Part shown: positions 25,907 to 39,724 of the stretch, one piece after another
How the letters are laid out: each line of letters begins with the position of its first letter
Numbering within the stretch: the stretch's first letter is position 1
Origin: Eledone cirrhosa
Lineage: Eukaryota
Assembly (NCBI GenBank): GCA_964016885.1
Contig: OZ024741.1
Coordinates: forward strand, 151,218,001 to 151,282,000
Reading direction: 5' to 3'
DNA: 64,000 bases
The notes under the pieces: generated by a model
What the model saw: only the letters and a program-made list of their open reading frames with translations
The model's database searches: none
Told to the model about the DNA's origin: nothing
Program-made: the position numbers and the translations under genes

Positions 25907-26954
25907 TGGGGAAAAGAAACCACACGTACACAGACACACTCATCTGCGCACACACAAACACATCTGTACATACACATCCACATTCTCACCCACATATGCA
26001 CATATATACACACACATACACACACATACATATATATATTCCCGAATCCACACATACACATATTGGCATAGCCTTACATCGGTGGTTGGGTGAGGAAGCA
26101 ATTTTATTAGAAAACACTCCATGATACCTTCTTCTTAGACACGTTATGATATATAATGATTTCCAACTGAGGCACAAGCCCAACAATGGGCGGGGTAAAG
26201 ACAATTCAATCAATGCCAGTACTTTAATGGTACTTTACTTTCATCAACCTCGTAAGTATTACACTCAAAATTGACCGAGGCAGAATCTGAACTCAATATG
26301 TAAAGTGCCGGTACTAAATTCTATACAAAATACGGGATGGGCACGGATGGATTGAATGAGTTTGCCAAATAAGGATATAACCTAGAGCTAAACAACAACC
26401 CGAACATGAGGATATTAAATCCTGCATCAATTCTGGATATCGGGTATCTGAGAATATTTTAGAATTAAATAGAGAAAATAGCGAAACGAAATTGTCAACT
26501 AGAGGGAATTTGCTTTTTGCCTGCAGGCATGGATTAGTGCAAAACAATCTGTTGACGCGCAATGTGATTAAAGTTGCCCCGAAGATTTAGACTTTCATAA
26601 TGAAATTGATAAAAAGGGAATTAACTCATTTGTATTTCGGGATTAAATTTTTCATAGATTTAATAGACACCTTTATGAAACTACCAACAGGACCGCTTGT
26701 CAAAGTAAGAAGAATATTATTACAAATCTTTCCACAAATCTAGTAACGGACATGAACATGTAGTTAATCGAGCCACGTGAAATCACCTTTCTATTAAATG
26801 CAATACAACTGCACTATGCAATGTGGAATTAAGGTTCAACAAAGTCTTAGGTGGACCGAAGATGTGTGAGTAATATTAACATATAAACTGTATCTGTTCT
26901 TGGGTGATAGACATAATACCTCACTCGGATTACAACATTATCTGACCTACTCAC

Positions 26955-27189
26955 CACCATAGGCGCTGTGCTGGCCAGCCGTAGGTGTGAGCCTCGCGAG
27001 ACGGAATGGCTCTTCCAGCGTATCTCCCTTACCATCCTCCCAGGAAACGCCTTCTCCATTCTGTCCGCCGGCGCTGTGGGGAGGCCAGCACGTGGGACTC
27101 CATTTTCTCACCATACAGAGAGATGTGAAGGGCGAGACAGATAGAAGCAATGACAGTGGGACTTCGGTCCCTTCACGTTCGGACCATAT
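26955..27189 (-). CDS. Candidate host exon (235 bp)
   Basis: GC-rich unique island bounded by TTCAG| and |GTGAGT; one frame is fully open (IWSEREGTEV...GQHSAYG). No recognisable homology. Confidence 0.4.
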
Positions 27190-27589
27190 CTGAACATTTT
27201 GAATCATTAGCGAAGCTTACTCTGTTGCAATGATTCGAATAATGTCCTACGTCTTTATTCCCTTTCATCAAACCTCTTTTAGAAAAACAAGATGGGGTAA
27301 ATGAAACAAATTAAAAGCAGGGGAGACACATAGGAGTAAGAAGACTTATTAGGAAGATCACAGAATGTATGATGAATTAAATCTAACAAATAATAGCACT
27401 TGGTTATAAAACTAACCGAAATATAGATTAGTTATCTAACTAGTAATAAAACTAAGTGAAACTCCACAGATACGTCTGATTTATTGGCAACATAACCCTA
27501 CTATAAAACTATCTGTTTTAACACACCATTCAACATCTAGAATTTTGCGAAACAAATACAAAATTGAAGAATATATATGTATGTGTATA

Positions 27590-27695
<106 letters not shown>

Positions 27696-27834
27696 CGTGT
27701 GTGTGAGGTATGTATGTGTACAGGTATATATATATGTATGTGTATGTATATATATACTTGTACACATAGATATCTCTCACACAGACATTTATATATATAT
27801 ATATATATATATGTACTTATACTCAATTTTTCTC

Positions 27835-27870
<36 letters not shown>

Positions 27871-28066
27871 GAAAAAAATTAAGTATATGTATCTATTCCA
27901 TTTTGCTAATCGTTTCAGATGGGAAATGACAACGTTAATAGAGATTATATATATATATATATATATATATATAGATATATATATATATATATATATCGGG
28001 ACAAAGCAGGCAAGGATTGCTTTCGAGTCTTTCCTCTTTTCTCTTTCCTTCTTTCTGTTCTTTATA

Positions 28067-28114
<48 letters not shown>

Positions 28115-28252
28115 TCTGTCGTATTGTGCATCACAAAGACATTACCAAGCACTGCAATAGTCAGGAGCTTAATTTCCTACCAACTTTGACAATCTAGCTT
28201 ACGACTATACATATATACATATATATATATATTATATATATATATGCATATG

Positions 28253-28288
<36 letters not shown>

Positions 28289-28359
28289 ATATGCATAAAT
28301 ACATAGACACACACACATATATATATATATATACATATGCACACACATATTCTATATAA

Positions 28360-28410
<51 letters not shown>

Positions 28411-28481
28411 TATATATATATATATATACATATATGAATATATAAATAAATATGTTTCAATATATGTATGTTTATGTATGT

Positions 28482-28531
<50 letters not shown>

Positions 28532-28560
28532 GTATATGTATATATGTATATATATATCTA

Positions 28561-28631
<71 letters not shown>

Positions 28632-28730
28632 GTTTATATATATAAATATATATATAAATATATATGTATATATATATATAAATATATATATATAAATATA
28701 AATATATATATATAGCAATATATATATGTA

Positions 28731-28789
<59 letters not shown>

Positions 28790-28985
28790 GTGTTTTGTGT
28801 GTGTATAAGAAGTAAAATTGCTATTTGCTTCGACAATAACAATATTCGGCACGGAATAAGTAAGCCGGCAATTGAAGAGAGTAAATATGTATGCACATAC
28901 ACACAGCACACACTCGCGCGCGCACGCGCACACACACACACATACATACACCATACACACACACACATATATATCTCTCTCTATA

Positions 28986-29027
<42 letters not shown>

Positions 29028-29374
29028 TACGAGAGTACGGTGAGATGAAATTAATATAGTCATTGGAATAAATAAGATTACAATGGGAGAAAAGAAAAAC
29101 ACACACACACACACACACACAGACACACACAAACAAACACACACACACACACATACACACACGCACTCATACACACACACACAAACACACACACATACAC
29201 ACACACATACTCACACACATATACACACGCACACATACACATACACACCCGCACACACACGCGCATATATATATATATATATATAAGTATATATAAATAT
29301 GTACATATATATGTGTATATGTAAATGTGTGAATGTCTGTATGTGCATATATATATATATCTACATGTATATAT

Positions 29375-29466
<92 letters not shown>

Positions 29467-29501
29467 TATATATATGTATACATATATATATAAATATTTA
29501 T

Positions 29502-29566
<65 letters not shown>

Positions 29567-29888
29567 TATATGTATGTATGTATATAGTCAGTATAGAATC
29601 GAAATTTCATTAAGTAGATTCCGAAATGGTACACCGACGTTGATTGATATTTCTTTGCATTTTATACTATATTTTACGATATTTACCTCTGGCATTACAT
29701 TCGTTAATGCTAAAAAAAAACATAACAACAGTCATTGATGGGTCCTATTACATCACTATATAAGAAATATACACATAATAACTGAGTTTGAAAAGTGAAA
29801 GTGAAAATAATTGTATTTTCGTGCATATATATATGTGCAGTTATTGGTGCATTTATCTCTGCCTTTCTCTCTCTCCTCCCTCTCCTTC

Positions 29889-29945
<57 letters not shown>

Positions 29946-30217
29946 TATATATATAAACGGAAAAAATGAAAGAAACTTCATTTCCCACTCTTAGTATGGC
30001 TGTTACTTAAATATAAGTATGTACACGTACATACATATATGTATACAGACGTACAGTAGTATGTATATATATATACATACATGCACACATATACATATGT
30101 ACGTATGGATTCACCGAACATTTATTATAATGCTCGGTGTGTTTGTAAACAAACATCCCGTATTAAGCCGTAGTGTCTAGCAACCATCGTTGCTCGTTTG
30201 TTCAACACTGACAAAGG

Positions 30218-30260
30218 ATTGCTGTACTAGTTTCAAGCTTATTAGCTATCGTCAGCAATG
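30218..30260 (-). ncRNA. Minimal type I hammerhead ribozyme (left arm)
   Basis: Reverse complement reads cattg CTGACGA tagctaataagctt GAAA ctag TA cagcaat. Confidence 0.75.
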
Positions 30261-30387
30261 TATACCTTCCTGCCAGATTGTTGAACGTATATACTTACCT
30301 TATGCATATTGATATGCAAATTTGGCTACTCAGCCGTTAATATGCATAAGGTAAGTATATACGTTCAACAATCTGGCAGGAAGGTAT

Positions 30388-30430
30388 ACGTTGCTGACGA
30401 TAGCTAATAAGCTTGAAACTAGTACAGCGT
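30388..30430 (+). ncRNA. Minimal type I hammerhead ribozyme (right arm)
   Basis: acgttg CTGACGA tagctaataagctt GAAA ctag TA cagcgt; palindromic ACTAGT in stem III. Confidence 0.85.
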
Positions 30431-30905
30431 TCCTTTGTCAGTGTTGAACAAACGAGCAACGATGGTTGCTAGACAATACGGCTTAATACGGGATGTTTGT
30501 TTACAAAAATACCGAGCATTATAATAAATGTTCGGTGAATCCATACGTACATATATATATATGTGTGCATGTATGTATATATATATACATACTACTGTAC
30601 GTCTGTATACATATATGTATGTACGTGTATGTACTTATATATCTATATATATATCTATATATCTATCTATATATATATATATATATATATAAGTATGTAC
30701 ACGTACATACATATATGTATACAGACGTACAGTAGTATGTATATATACATACATGCACACATATATATATGCGTGCATGTATGTATATATATATACATAC
30801 TACTGTACGTCTGTATACATATATGTATGTACGTGTACATACTTATATTTAAGTAACAGCCGTACTAAGAGTGGGAAATGAAATTTCGTTTCATTTTTTC
30901 CGTTT

Positions 30906-30957
<52 letters not shown>

Positions 30958-31589
30958 TAAGCACTCCACGTCAGTTGCACTCATCTAAGTTAGAAATTAG
31001 ACTAGCATTCGATGGGGTTTTACTAGTTAAATAAGTACAAAGATAGTTTTCTACATTTACATACTTTAGTTTATCAACTAACATATATTATGTACATTTC
31101 TGAGGAGGCATGAAACAAAGATTACGTAAGTCTGAGACATAATTTAATAATGATGTATATGATTGTCTGACTATATGACATGAGATACTGACTGTCGGAA
31201 ATTCGCTCCATCATAATGGTCTGTAGTGTAAATGTCATTCAATTTCTTTCTGTGCAGAATGCGATAGTTCTCATTTCATTCTAGTTCTATCAGGAATCAT
31301 GGTGTTCAGACCTTATCTTGATTGATGGATTCATTTATTTTCACACTTTATTGATCATTCCTCACACGTCCTATTCTGGAAATAAAACAATTATATTTGT
31401 ATTTTCATGTGGTGTTTCAATTAAGGGGAAGTTTCTTTTTCCTTTGTTAGGTTTAATGATGTACTTTAGCCAGTTATTTGTGAAGGGTGTACTTGAGTTT
31501 ACTTTACTGTATGTCATCTAACTGATCATATTTTGATGTACACTAGGTGCATCTAGAAGTGATGACTAATCTCTTGGGGGCTGAGTTCA

Positions 31590-31947
31590 CGAGCAATTAA
31601 AGAGCGATGTAGCAAGGCCGCTGGGGTGCATGAAATCCTGCTCGAGATGTTTATAGCCTTAAATAAAGAAAGTTTTCGCTGGCTGACACGTATGTGGTGG
31701 GTAGTCTGAATTTCTGGGAAGGCACCTAAATAATTGCAATTGGGAGTGATAATCCTCATTTTGAAAAAGGGGGACAAGAGTGATTGCTCAAATCATTGAG
31801 GGATCTTCTTTTTCAGCCTCCCCGGTAAAGTGTCTGGCAAACAGATTTAAGATTATTGTCCAGTCAAAGCTAGCTAACAAACAGCGTGGCTTTCGCCCAA
31901 GCTGCAACATCATGGACCAAATGTACACAATGCGGCAAGTCTCTGAA
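31590..31947 (+). pseudogene. Degenerate RTE RT fragment
   Basis: AAGVHEILLEM, VIILILKKGDKSDCSNH, QRGFRPSCNIMDQMYTMRQVSE. Confidence 0.75.
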
Positions 31948-32012
31948 TATATATATATTATATATATATTATATATATATATATTATACATATTATATAT
32001 ATATATTATATA

Positions 32013-32092
<80 letters not shown>

Positions 32093-32176
32093 GGAGGTGA
32101 GTTTTATTGTAGTACAATAAAGCAATGCAGATATCGGATAAGAAGCACTCTACAGTTTGTAGGACTGGAGTATACA

Positions 32177-32477
32177 TAATATAAGATCAAAAGATGGTTA
32201 AAGGAGTTCCATGTATTTTATTATGCGCATTTCAAAAACAAACATCATCATGCAATAATATTTGTGTTTTCAGGAGAACATGATATGAAGGCTAAAAAAC
32301 ATTTGTGGATAGTGCATATGTTGATTTAAAACTGCACTATCCACAAGTGTTTTTTAGCCTTCATATCATGTTCTCCTGTTTTATCTGATGAAAACACAAA
32401 TATTATTGCATGATGATGTTTGTTTTTGAAATGCGCATAATAAAATACATGGAACTCCTTTAACCATCTTTTGATCT

Positions 32478-32483
<6 letters not shown>
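32177..32483. mobile_element. Near-perfect fold-back element in TA context
   Basis: Arms at ~32177-32316 and ~32332-32483. The left arm lacks 12 nt covering the HHR core. Confidence 0.9.
32377..32447 (+). ncRNA. Type I hammerhead ribozyme
   Basis: tgttttat CTGATGA aaacacaaatatta..tgatgtttgttttt GAAA tgcgca TA ataaaata; palindromic TGCGCA. Confidence 0.9.
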
Positions 32484-32561
<78 letters not shown>

Positions 32562-32639
32562 ACCGATATCTTAATAAGCAAGTTATCGATTTTTTATTGA
32601 CTGTCAGTGTCTATCTGCATGCAGGTGTGCACGTGTGCG

Positions 32640-33120
32640 CAATTAACATTTAATATTCATCATACTATTTCATTATAATACCATTATAAATTTTAAAGGA
32701 TCGTAAATAAAACGAGTAAATCAGACAAAGTTGGAATTCCTCTATATATGGAATTCCTCTATATATTAATATATATATATATATATATATTAATAAGAGG
32801 AATTCCAACTTTGTCTGATTTACTCGTTTTATTTACAATCCTTTAAAATTTATAATGGTATTATAATGAAATAGTATGATAGAATATTAAATGTTAAGTG
32901 CTAATTGAACAAGTACTTTCATACTTTCGCAATCTTCAGGTTCATAATGTGTGGTGACAGTCAAGTTTGCAATTTTCAACTGTCAGCATGAAAGTACTTG
33001 TTCAATTAACACTTAACATTTAATATTCTATCATACTATTTCATTATAATACCATTATAAATTTTAAAGGATTGTAAATAAAACGAGTAAATCAGACAAA
33101 CTTGGAATTCCTCTTATTAA
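32640..33120. repeat. Triplicated ~100-bp segment in alternating orientation
   Basis: 32640-32742 (+), 32797-32897 (-), 33003-33120 (+). Confidence 0.85.
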
Positions 33121-33186
33121 TATAATCTTCTATACACAATCATACACACCCGTGTATATTTATCTATCTATCTCTCTATATATATA

Positions 33187-33864
33187 TACTTAGGCATAGG
33201 TTAATTATAACGTTCGCGAAAATGAAAGTATGTTTTCTGACAAGTGAATGTGTTTTTTTTTTTTTACAATGTAATTTACGATACACTGTTTGTTTATTTA
33301 CAACAGGTCTCTATAGTGATATGGTGTTAATTAGTATTGCGTGTGTGATTATTTTCTCTTATATATATATGTGTGGGTGTGTATATGTGTGTATATATAT
33401 GTGTGTCTGTATGTATATATATATGTGTGTTTGTATATATATATGTGTTTGTGTCATCATCATCGTTTAGATGTTTTTACACAAATCCCTTATCATTCTC
33501 TGTCCTTCTTATGACCTGGCCTTAATTTCTTTGGGGGACAGATAGTTGGTGCCAGCTTTGGCAAGATATTACAAAAACATCTAAACGATGATGATGACAC
33601 AAACACATATATATATACAAACACACATATATATATACATACAGACACACATATATATACACACATATACACACCCACACATATATATATAAGAGAAAAT
33701 AATCACACACGCAATACTAATTAACACCATATCACTATAGAGACCTGTTGTAAACAAACAAACTGTATCGTAACTTTCAATGTAAAAAACACAAACAAAC
33801 ACATTCACTTGTCAGAAAACATACTTTCATCTTCGCGAACGTTATAATTAACTTATGCCATATA

Positions 33865-33866
<2 letters not shown>
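33187..33866. repeat. Fold-back element with ~290-bp arms
   Basis: 33187-33478 vs 33573-33866, TA-flanked. Confidence 0.9.
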
Positions 33867-33933
<67 letters not shown>

Positions 33934-34991
33934 GGAAGATGGACATTGTTTAGTGTACCGAACTTGCCTGCTACACCGTTCATCCAATTTTGATGAAACC
34001 TCACACATATATAAAACTCAACGCGTAGAGTGGAATAGGCTACTTGAAATTTTCGAAAAATCGATAATCGGTCTCTATGACAGAATGTTTTTCGATTCCA
34101 ATGAAATTTTATATGAATTCGAACACAAGAACTCTTAGTTTACATCTGGCGCAATAAAAATAAATTTCATATGCCCATATAAAGACATGCGTTATTGATT
34201 GGACGGCCAGCTGCATGTCTTCCCAGCTGTCTCAGTAAACGACCGACCATTAAAGAGTTTCTTTTCAAATTCCACCTTATTCAAGTGGAAATACAGTATT
34301 ATCCCTATCTGAAAAGAGAACCAAATTTAATGGTGTCTTTTGTGAACCTAAAAGCTGTGAGTAAATTTTCAAACAGTCTTAAATAATCATGCTTTTTGAA
34401 AAAAGAATTACTAAATAATACGTTGACCAAGTTGTGTTGTCCACATACAATACAAGTAAAAAAATTCACGTCGTACCAATGTTTTCCTTTTTTAAACAAA
34501 AGATTCTAAAAATTTACTTAATTTATAATACAGTCTTTTGCACAGGAAGTGAGTAACTTTTCGGGTGTTTAAACGTAAGTTCACCAGGGTTTGTGTCTTC
34601 ATTATTAGCCCACCTCTAATGGCATTTTTTGTTCTGCTTACGACTAAATGTTATGAGCGTATTTGCAATTAATTGCGCAAACGTGCACACCTGCATGCAG
34701 ATAGACACTGACAGCCAATAAAAAATCGATAACTTGCTTATTAAGATATCGGTCAAAAAGAGAGATTGAATGAACTTTAGAACATTTTTTTAATATATTG
34801 TTCTTTTTGGCATGATATGTCAGAAATATAGCTAATATACACTTTGGTTATTTTTTGTAACTAAAAAACGGTTCCTTTTGGGTGGATACTTAACGAGAAA
34901 AATCCTAGGGTTTTGGACAAGTTTGTTTCAGGCGCTGTATAGACGCCTATTTTGTCACACCTTGGTCATGAATTCGTATTGTTTTCCAATA

Positions 34992-35247
34992 GATATTTTC
35001 CGCTCTATAAGGCTCACCAGGATATAAGGCGTATCATTTAAAATCACGTCCGCGCAACGGCGTGTAAGGCCAACCAGAAAATGCTATCTTTTTTACTTTT
35101 AGTCTAGATCTATTACTTCTGTTAGAGCCGTGATTGATTACCATTGTATTATTTATACATAAGGCTCACCGGAGTATAAAGCGCAGAGCTGTTTTTTTAT
35201 TAAATTTAATTATTTTAAGTGCAATTTATAGACGGGAAAATTCGGTA
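34992..35247. mobile_element. Possible Tc2/pogo-like MITE remnant
   Basis: ATTTTCCG..TATAAGGCTCACC start and TTATAGACGGGAAAATTCGGTA end form degenerate TIRs. Confidence 0.4.
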
Positions 35248-35369
35248 AGTTATTGTAATCATATTTCCAAACCTTCCCATTCACCAGTAACCATGCTAAC
35301 GAATCTGGTGTCATCTCTCTCTGTATTTAATCACCTCTCTCTAACCTAACAGCTTCGTTACACGTCGTT

Positions 35370-35880
35370 ATGCCCACACGGAAACGTTCAAGACTTACCT
35401 CCAAAAAAGGTACAGCTATTGCTTTGAGACAACGAATTAGGCGTTCTCAGGTATGAGTTCATTCACAATTGATTAATCCTTTATGCAATATTCTCCCTTA
35501 ATGTTAGCAAGTATTGCATTTATCCTAACTGTCACCACTTTTAAGCAACTACAACATTCTAATCGTAGTTATATTAAATTTATTGTCTTACCTTGATTCC
35601 CTTTTGTTCATGTTAGACTTTTCTCATTTACTATTGACACTGCCATTGGCTTAGCTAACCAGTAGAATTAATTAATTTTCTCTAGTAAACACCTGCTGAG
35701 CGCGAATCTCGACTCGCTGATAGACGTCATTCCCGGCTGGTTGAGTCACCAACATCACGTACGACAAGGCTTGCTGATGTTCGCCTTCGTCGCCAACAAG
35801 CGCTGACGGAGGAATCACCAACATCCCGTCAGACGAGGCTTGAGGCTGTGGCAAAGGGCAATAACCCTAGATATAATTTT
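35370..35880 (+). pseudogene. Two 5' exons of a Helitron RepHel-like ORF with STPR-like repeats
   Basis: Exon 35370-35450 encodes MPTRKRSRL...RQRIRRSQ|GT. Intron ends ctctAG at 35685. Next exon encodes *TPAERESRL..ESPTSRTTRL..ESPTSRQTRL; its first codon TAA is probably mutated GAA. Confidence 0.65.
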
Positions 35881-36430
35881 GATCAACTTTTTTTCACCTA
35901 TAGCAAATTTACCGGGACAGGTTTTTAGCTACTCAAATCTACTTCAGAGATCACGCATTGATGTAAAAAATCAATAAAACTGAAGCGGGGCTCGACTTTG
36001 CGCAAAAAACAAGGCAAAGTTACACATGGGAAAACTTTTTACAGGAACGTCCTATATTCTTGAAAACTGTCACAAAAGACTCGCCATTATGCCGCGGTTA
36101 AGATAAAGGCCCTTTTAATTCTTCTTCTGCACACGTGAGCGCAAAAATTGTAAAAAAAAAACCCTGAAAGTAATCGACATTTTCACCCTGCTTTAAATTA
36201 ACTGAACATTCAATATCAAGCGATTTTGACTTCCGTCAGTCGTGCAGAGAACAATTTCAACGATACACTGTGTAACTACAATTAATAAATTACACACCTG
36301 TGTCTACTAACCTATTTTTTTCCATTGAAGTTCGAAGTTTTGAACCTTTGATGCGCGGGAAGTAACTTTCACACATTCTAACAGACCAAAGGTCGACTTA
36401 CACCCGGGCAACGCCGGGTGCTTCTGCTAG

Positions 36431-36491
<61 letters not shown>

Positions 36492-36725
36492 GTGAGGTTT
36501 TTTTACAAATTGAAAAAAAAAGGGGTGTCCTACACGAGTGAAAGTATAAGGAAAAAAGATGATATCGAAAATGCAACTGGAGTCTTTTTTTAAAAATATA
36601 TTTATTTGGTTCCTTTAACGGTTTAGCAGTTCTTGTGCTTTTCAAAAGTATAATTAAGATGGAAGGTTTGTGCTTTTTCTAACATCTGGTTGGTGTTCGA
36701 ATGTTACTTCTGTTTTATATGGAAA

Positions 36726-36902
36726 AAAGTGGCTCGAAAGGCTAGGTTTTTAGGGAAGTAATTTGGTTGGTTACTGACTGTCATGTGAATAAGTATAATA
36801 AATTTCGCGCCAGTTCGCGTTACAAAGTTCTTATTATATTTGCGTGACAGTCATCAACCAACCAAATTACTTTTATAAAGACCTAGCATTTCAATCCACT
36901 TT
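36726..36902. repeat. Degenerate fold-back
   Basis: gctagg..aagtaatttggttggtt..tgactgtca vs tgacagtca..aaccaaccaaattactt..cctagc. Confidence 0.75.
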
Positions 36903-37118
36903 ATTATTTCTGCGTTCACAGATTGACTTTTTTAGTTTCAGAAGATCCCGTTAAGGGTGAAAGCAGCGATTATTTGCTTAAACTTTAATTTGTTATTTTA
37001 ATAAATATTTGCTCTACAATTCTTATATATCTGATACATATTTATCCTTATCGAGCTCTCTTTGGATTTTAGTCTTCAAATTTATTATTATTACTATTAT
37101 TATTATTATTATTATTAT

Positions 37119-37242
<124 letters not shown>

Positions 37243-37922
37243 GTTGATATATCTACATATGTAAATTACGTCGTGAAAGAGACATTTGAACTATCTAAAC
37301 AGAGAAAAATTATTCATTTTTCATGTTTCTTAACATCAATGGAATTGTGTCAGCGAGGTCAAACGACAATGTTCACACCTCACGAAATAAGTGAAATGTA
37401 GACATAACACTTTTAGCCTTGTTGTAGGTAGTCACAATAAACTCTTTTACAAAGTAAATAATTCATTTGCAACATAAAGTATATTGCCAAATATACTATA
37501 CATACATTCATATATGTATGTATATATATATATAATAAGGAGTTGACGGACCCAGCATATTTATCAATGCCAGGATCGGTTGTTTCTCTGCGTACTCAAT
37601 AGGTAATGTAGGATACATTCCCAGAGTATACACATAGTTATTCGCTTCAATACAACACACGTAAAACGTGTGTGTATAATAGTTCTCGGATTCGAGTTTC
37701 GGCCACACTTAATGCAGCAGTAAGGTGCACTACACCCTCTGTCTGCATATATTATACAACAATGCATAATCGGCGCACGTGGTTTCATCAGCAGGTATTG
37801 CCTAATCAATAACCAATCGATCGACAGAATCTAAACCGTAGCCCATGCCGGCTATGACTGTTTGTGACGGCCACACAGTAAAGTGATTAGCAACTGGAAT
37901 CCAATACAATTCTGTCCCCTGA

Positions 37923-37968
<46 letters not shown>

Positions 37969-38095
37969 AAAGTTCTATTTAAATTGTTGGGATACAACAA
38001 GCAAATATTTTTATAACTGATATAAAGCACTCGACAAGTATTTGGAGTAAATATACGATATTAACAAATGGAAACTATATTTATAAAACCATATC

Positions 38096-38160
38096 TATTT
38101 TATTATACATATTTCAAGGATACCATGTTAAATTATGGTATGCTTTCATCAGACAAAATA
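38096..38160 (-). ncRNA. Hammerhead ribozyme in 3' pLTR
   Basis: Reverse complement reads tattttgt CTGATGA aagcataccat..atggtatcctt GAAA tatgta TA ataaaata. Confidence 0.85.
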
Positions 38161-39422
38161 CAATATATACCAGTTTTATAAATAAATTTTAACATACTCT
38201 TTCAAAATGCAACTGTTACTTTTGGAAGACATCAGGGATATTGGATTTGTTTATCTTAGTAAGTCATTGTGTTACGGAGAAGGAAAAAGACGGAGAGAGA
38301 GAAAAACCGAGAGAGAGAAAAGTTGAAAAAGAAAGGGAGATATAAAGAAAGAAAAAGAGAAAAAAGAAAAAAGAAAAAAGAAAAAAGAAAAAAGAAAAAA
38401 GAAAAAGGAGAGAGATATCAAAACAACAGACAGAGAGAAAAAATCAAGAGAGAGAAATATAGAGATAGAGAGAGGGGGAGAGAACGAAAACCTTAAGTCA
38501 TGTCATATTAAGTTAAGTTAACAATTGAGATGAAATGAATAAATAAAATTAGAAATATTAATATTCATGAATGGAATATACATATATAATATGAGAAATT
38601 AATCATTGTTTAACTATGATTAGATATTTAGTTTAAAAGCTGAGATCAATATATTAAAAATTGGAATTTAAACATTAAGAAATCTATATATTGCTAGAGA
38701 AAATTACCTATCATACGCAAAAAATACACATAAATATATATATATATATATACACTCAGAAGATACACATTATATCTACTCCCGTATATAATATATACAT
38801 ACAAAGCATAAATGATTTTTTTTATTATTAATGTTATACATCCCTTGTGTTATTAAATAAAAATGTTTAATATATATATATAAAAATATATAGGATTAGC
38901 TTTCATGCATTTATGGCTGTTAAATTATGCCTATCTCCAATCAAATTGTATGGGTACACATGTACATGTACACACACCATTCTTACATATAATATATACA
39001 CATGTGTGTGCATCACCCAATTGGTAGACACGCGTCACTCATGCATATATACAGACAGACATATATTCATAAAAATGCATATAATACATGTATATGTATG
39101 TTAATACACACATATACATACATACTCGTATACAGATAAGTATACATCAATATATTACATAGTATAATTGAGTACATAAAATACAAAAGGATTATATTTT
39201 GGAAATATAATTATATCAATATAACTTAAAAACAAAAGAATTCTAAAATATTAAAATATTAAAATATTTTTAAATATTATAGAATATTTTAAGTTAAAAA
39301 AATATGTTTAATAGATTTAGTATAGAAATTTATCTTACGTATATTTTATTCAAGATATTGAAAGGATAAACGTTCGAAAATTATGAGAAGCTATCAGAAT
39401 AAAAAACAAACCTAATATAAAA

Positions 39423-39461
<39 letters not shown>

Positions 39462-39724
39462 AATATATAAAAAATAAAAATATACAAAAAATAAAAAAAT
39501 ATGAAAAATATAAAAAATATAAGAAATAGGAAATATTTTCTCCTTTCAAGAGCTGTCAATATATTTCTCTAGAATAGTTTATTCTATTTATATTTATATT
39601 TAGGAAGAACATTTATTTATACTTGAGTACTTAATCAAAGAAAATGAAAAAGGTGAAGGAATCTAATGATTTATCGACAGGTTTCATATATTACCCAAAT
39701 TACTTAATTAATTATACTACATTT

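Larger units (their letters stand above)
29954..30908. mobile_element. Fold-back element with an HHR in both arms, in (TA)n
   Basis: Arms at ~29954-30311 and ~30337-30908; the right arm has an internal duplication. Relative at 54537-55070. Confidence 0.9.
33920..36430 (+). mobile_element. Non-autonomous, deletion-derived Helitron
   Basis: 3' end has hairpin CACCCGG-gcaacg-CCGGGTG (36401-36420), then CTAG (36427-36430) followed by T. 5' end TATATATAAAGGGAAG...CCGTTCATCCAATTTTGATGAAAC resembles animal Helitron starts; the 5' boundary is uncertain. Confidence 0.7.

Noticed and set aside
33770-33825. Minus-strand CTGACAA...GAAA in the 33 kb fold-back
   Set aside because: Core and stems are too degenerate to call.
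35693-35845. Minus-strand exon PQASSDG...RAQQ as a Helitron-captured gene
   Set aside because: The plus strand encodes STPR-like repeats in Helitron orientation with a matching upstream exon, so the minus frame is most likely a shadow.
37684-37797. Minus-strand CTGATGA...GAAActcg/cgag hammerhead candidate
   Set aside because: No NUH triplet and no stem I pairing.
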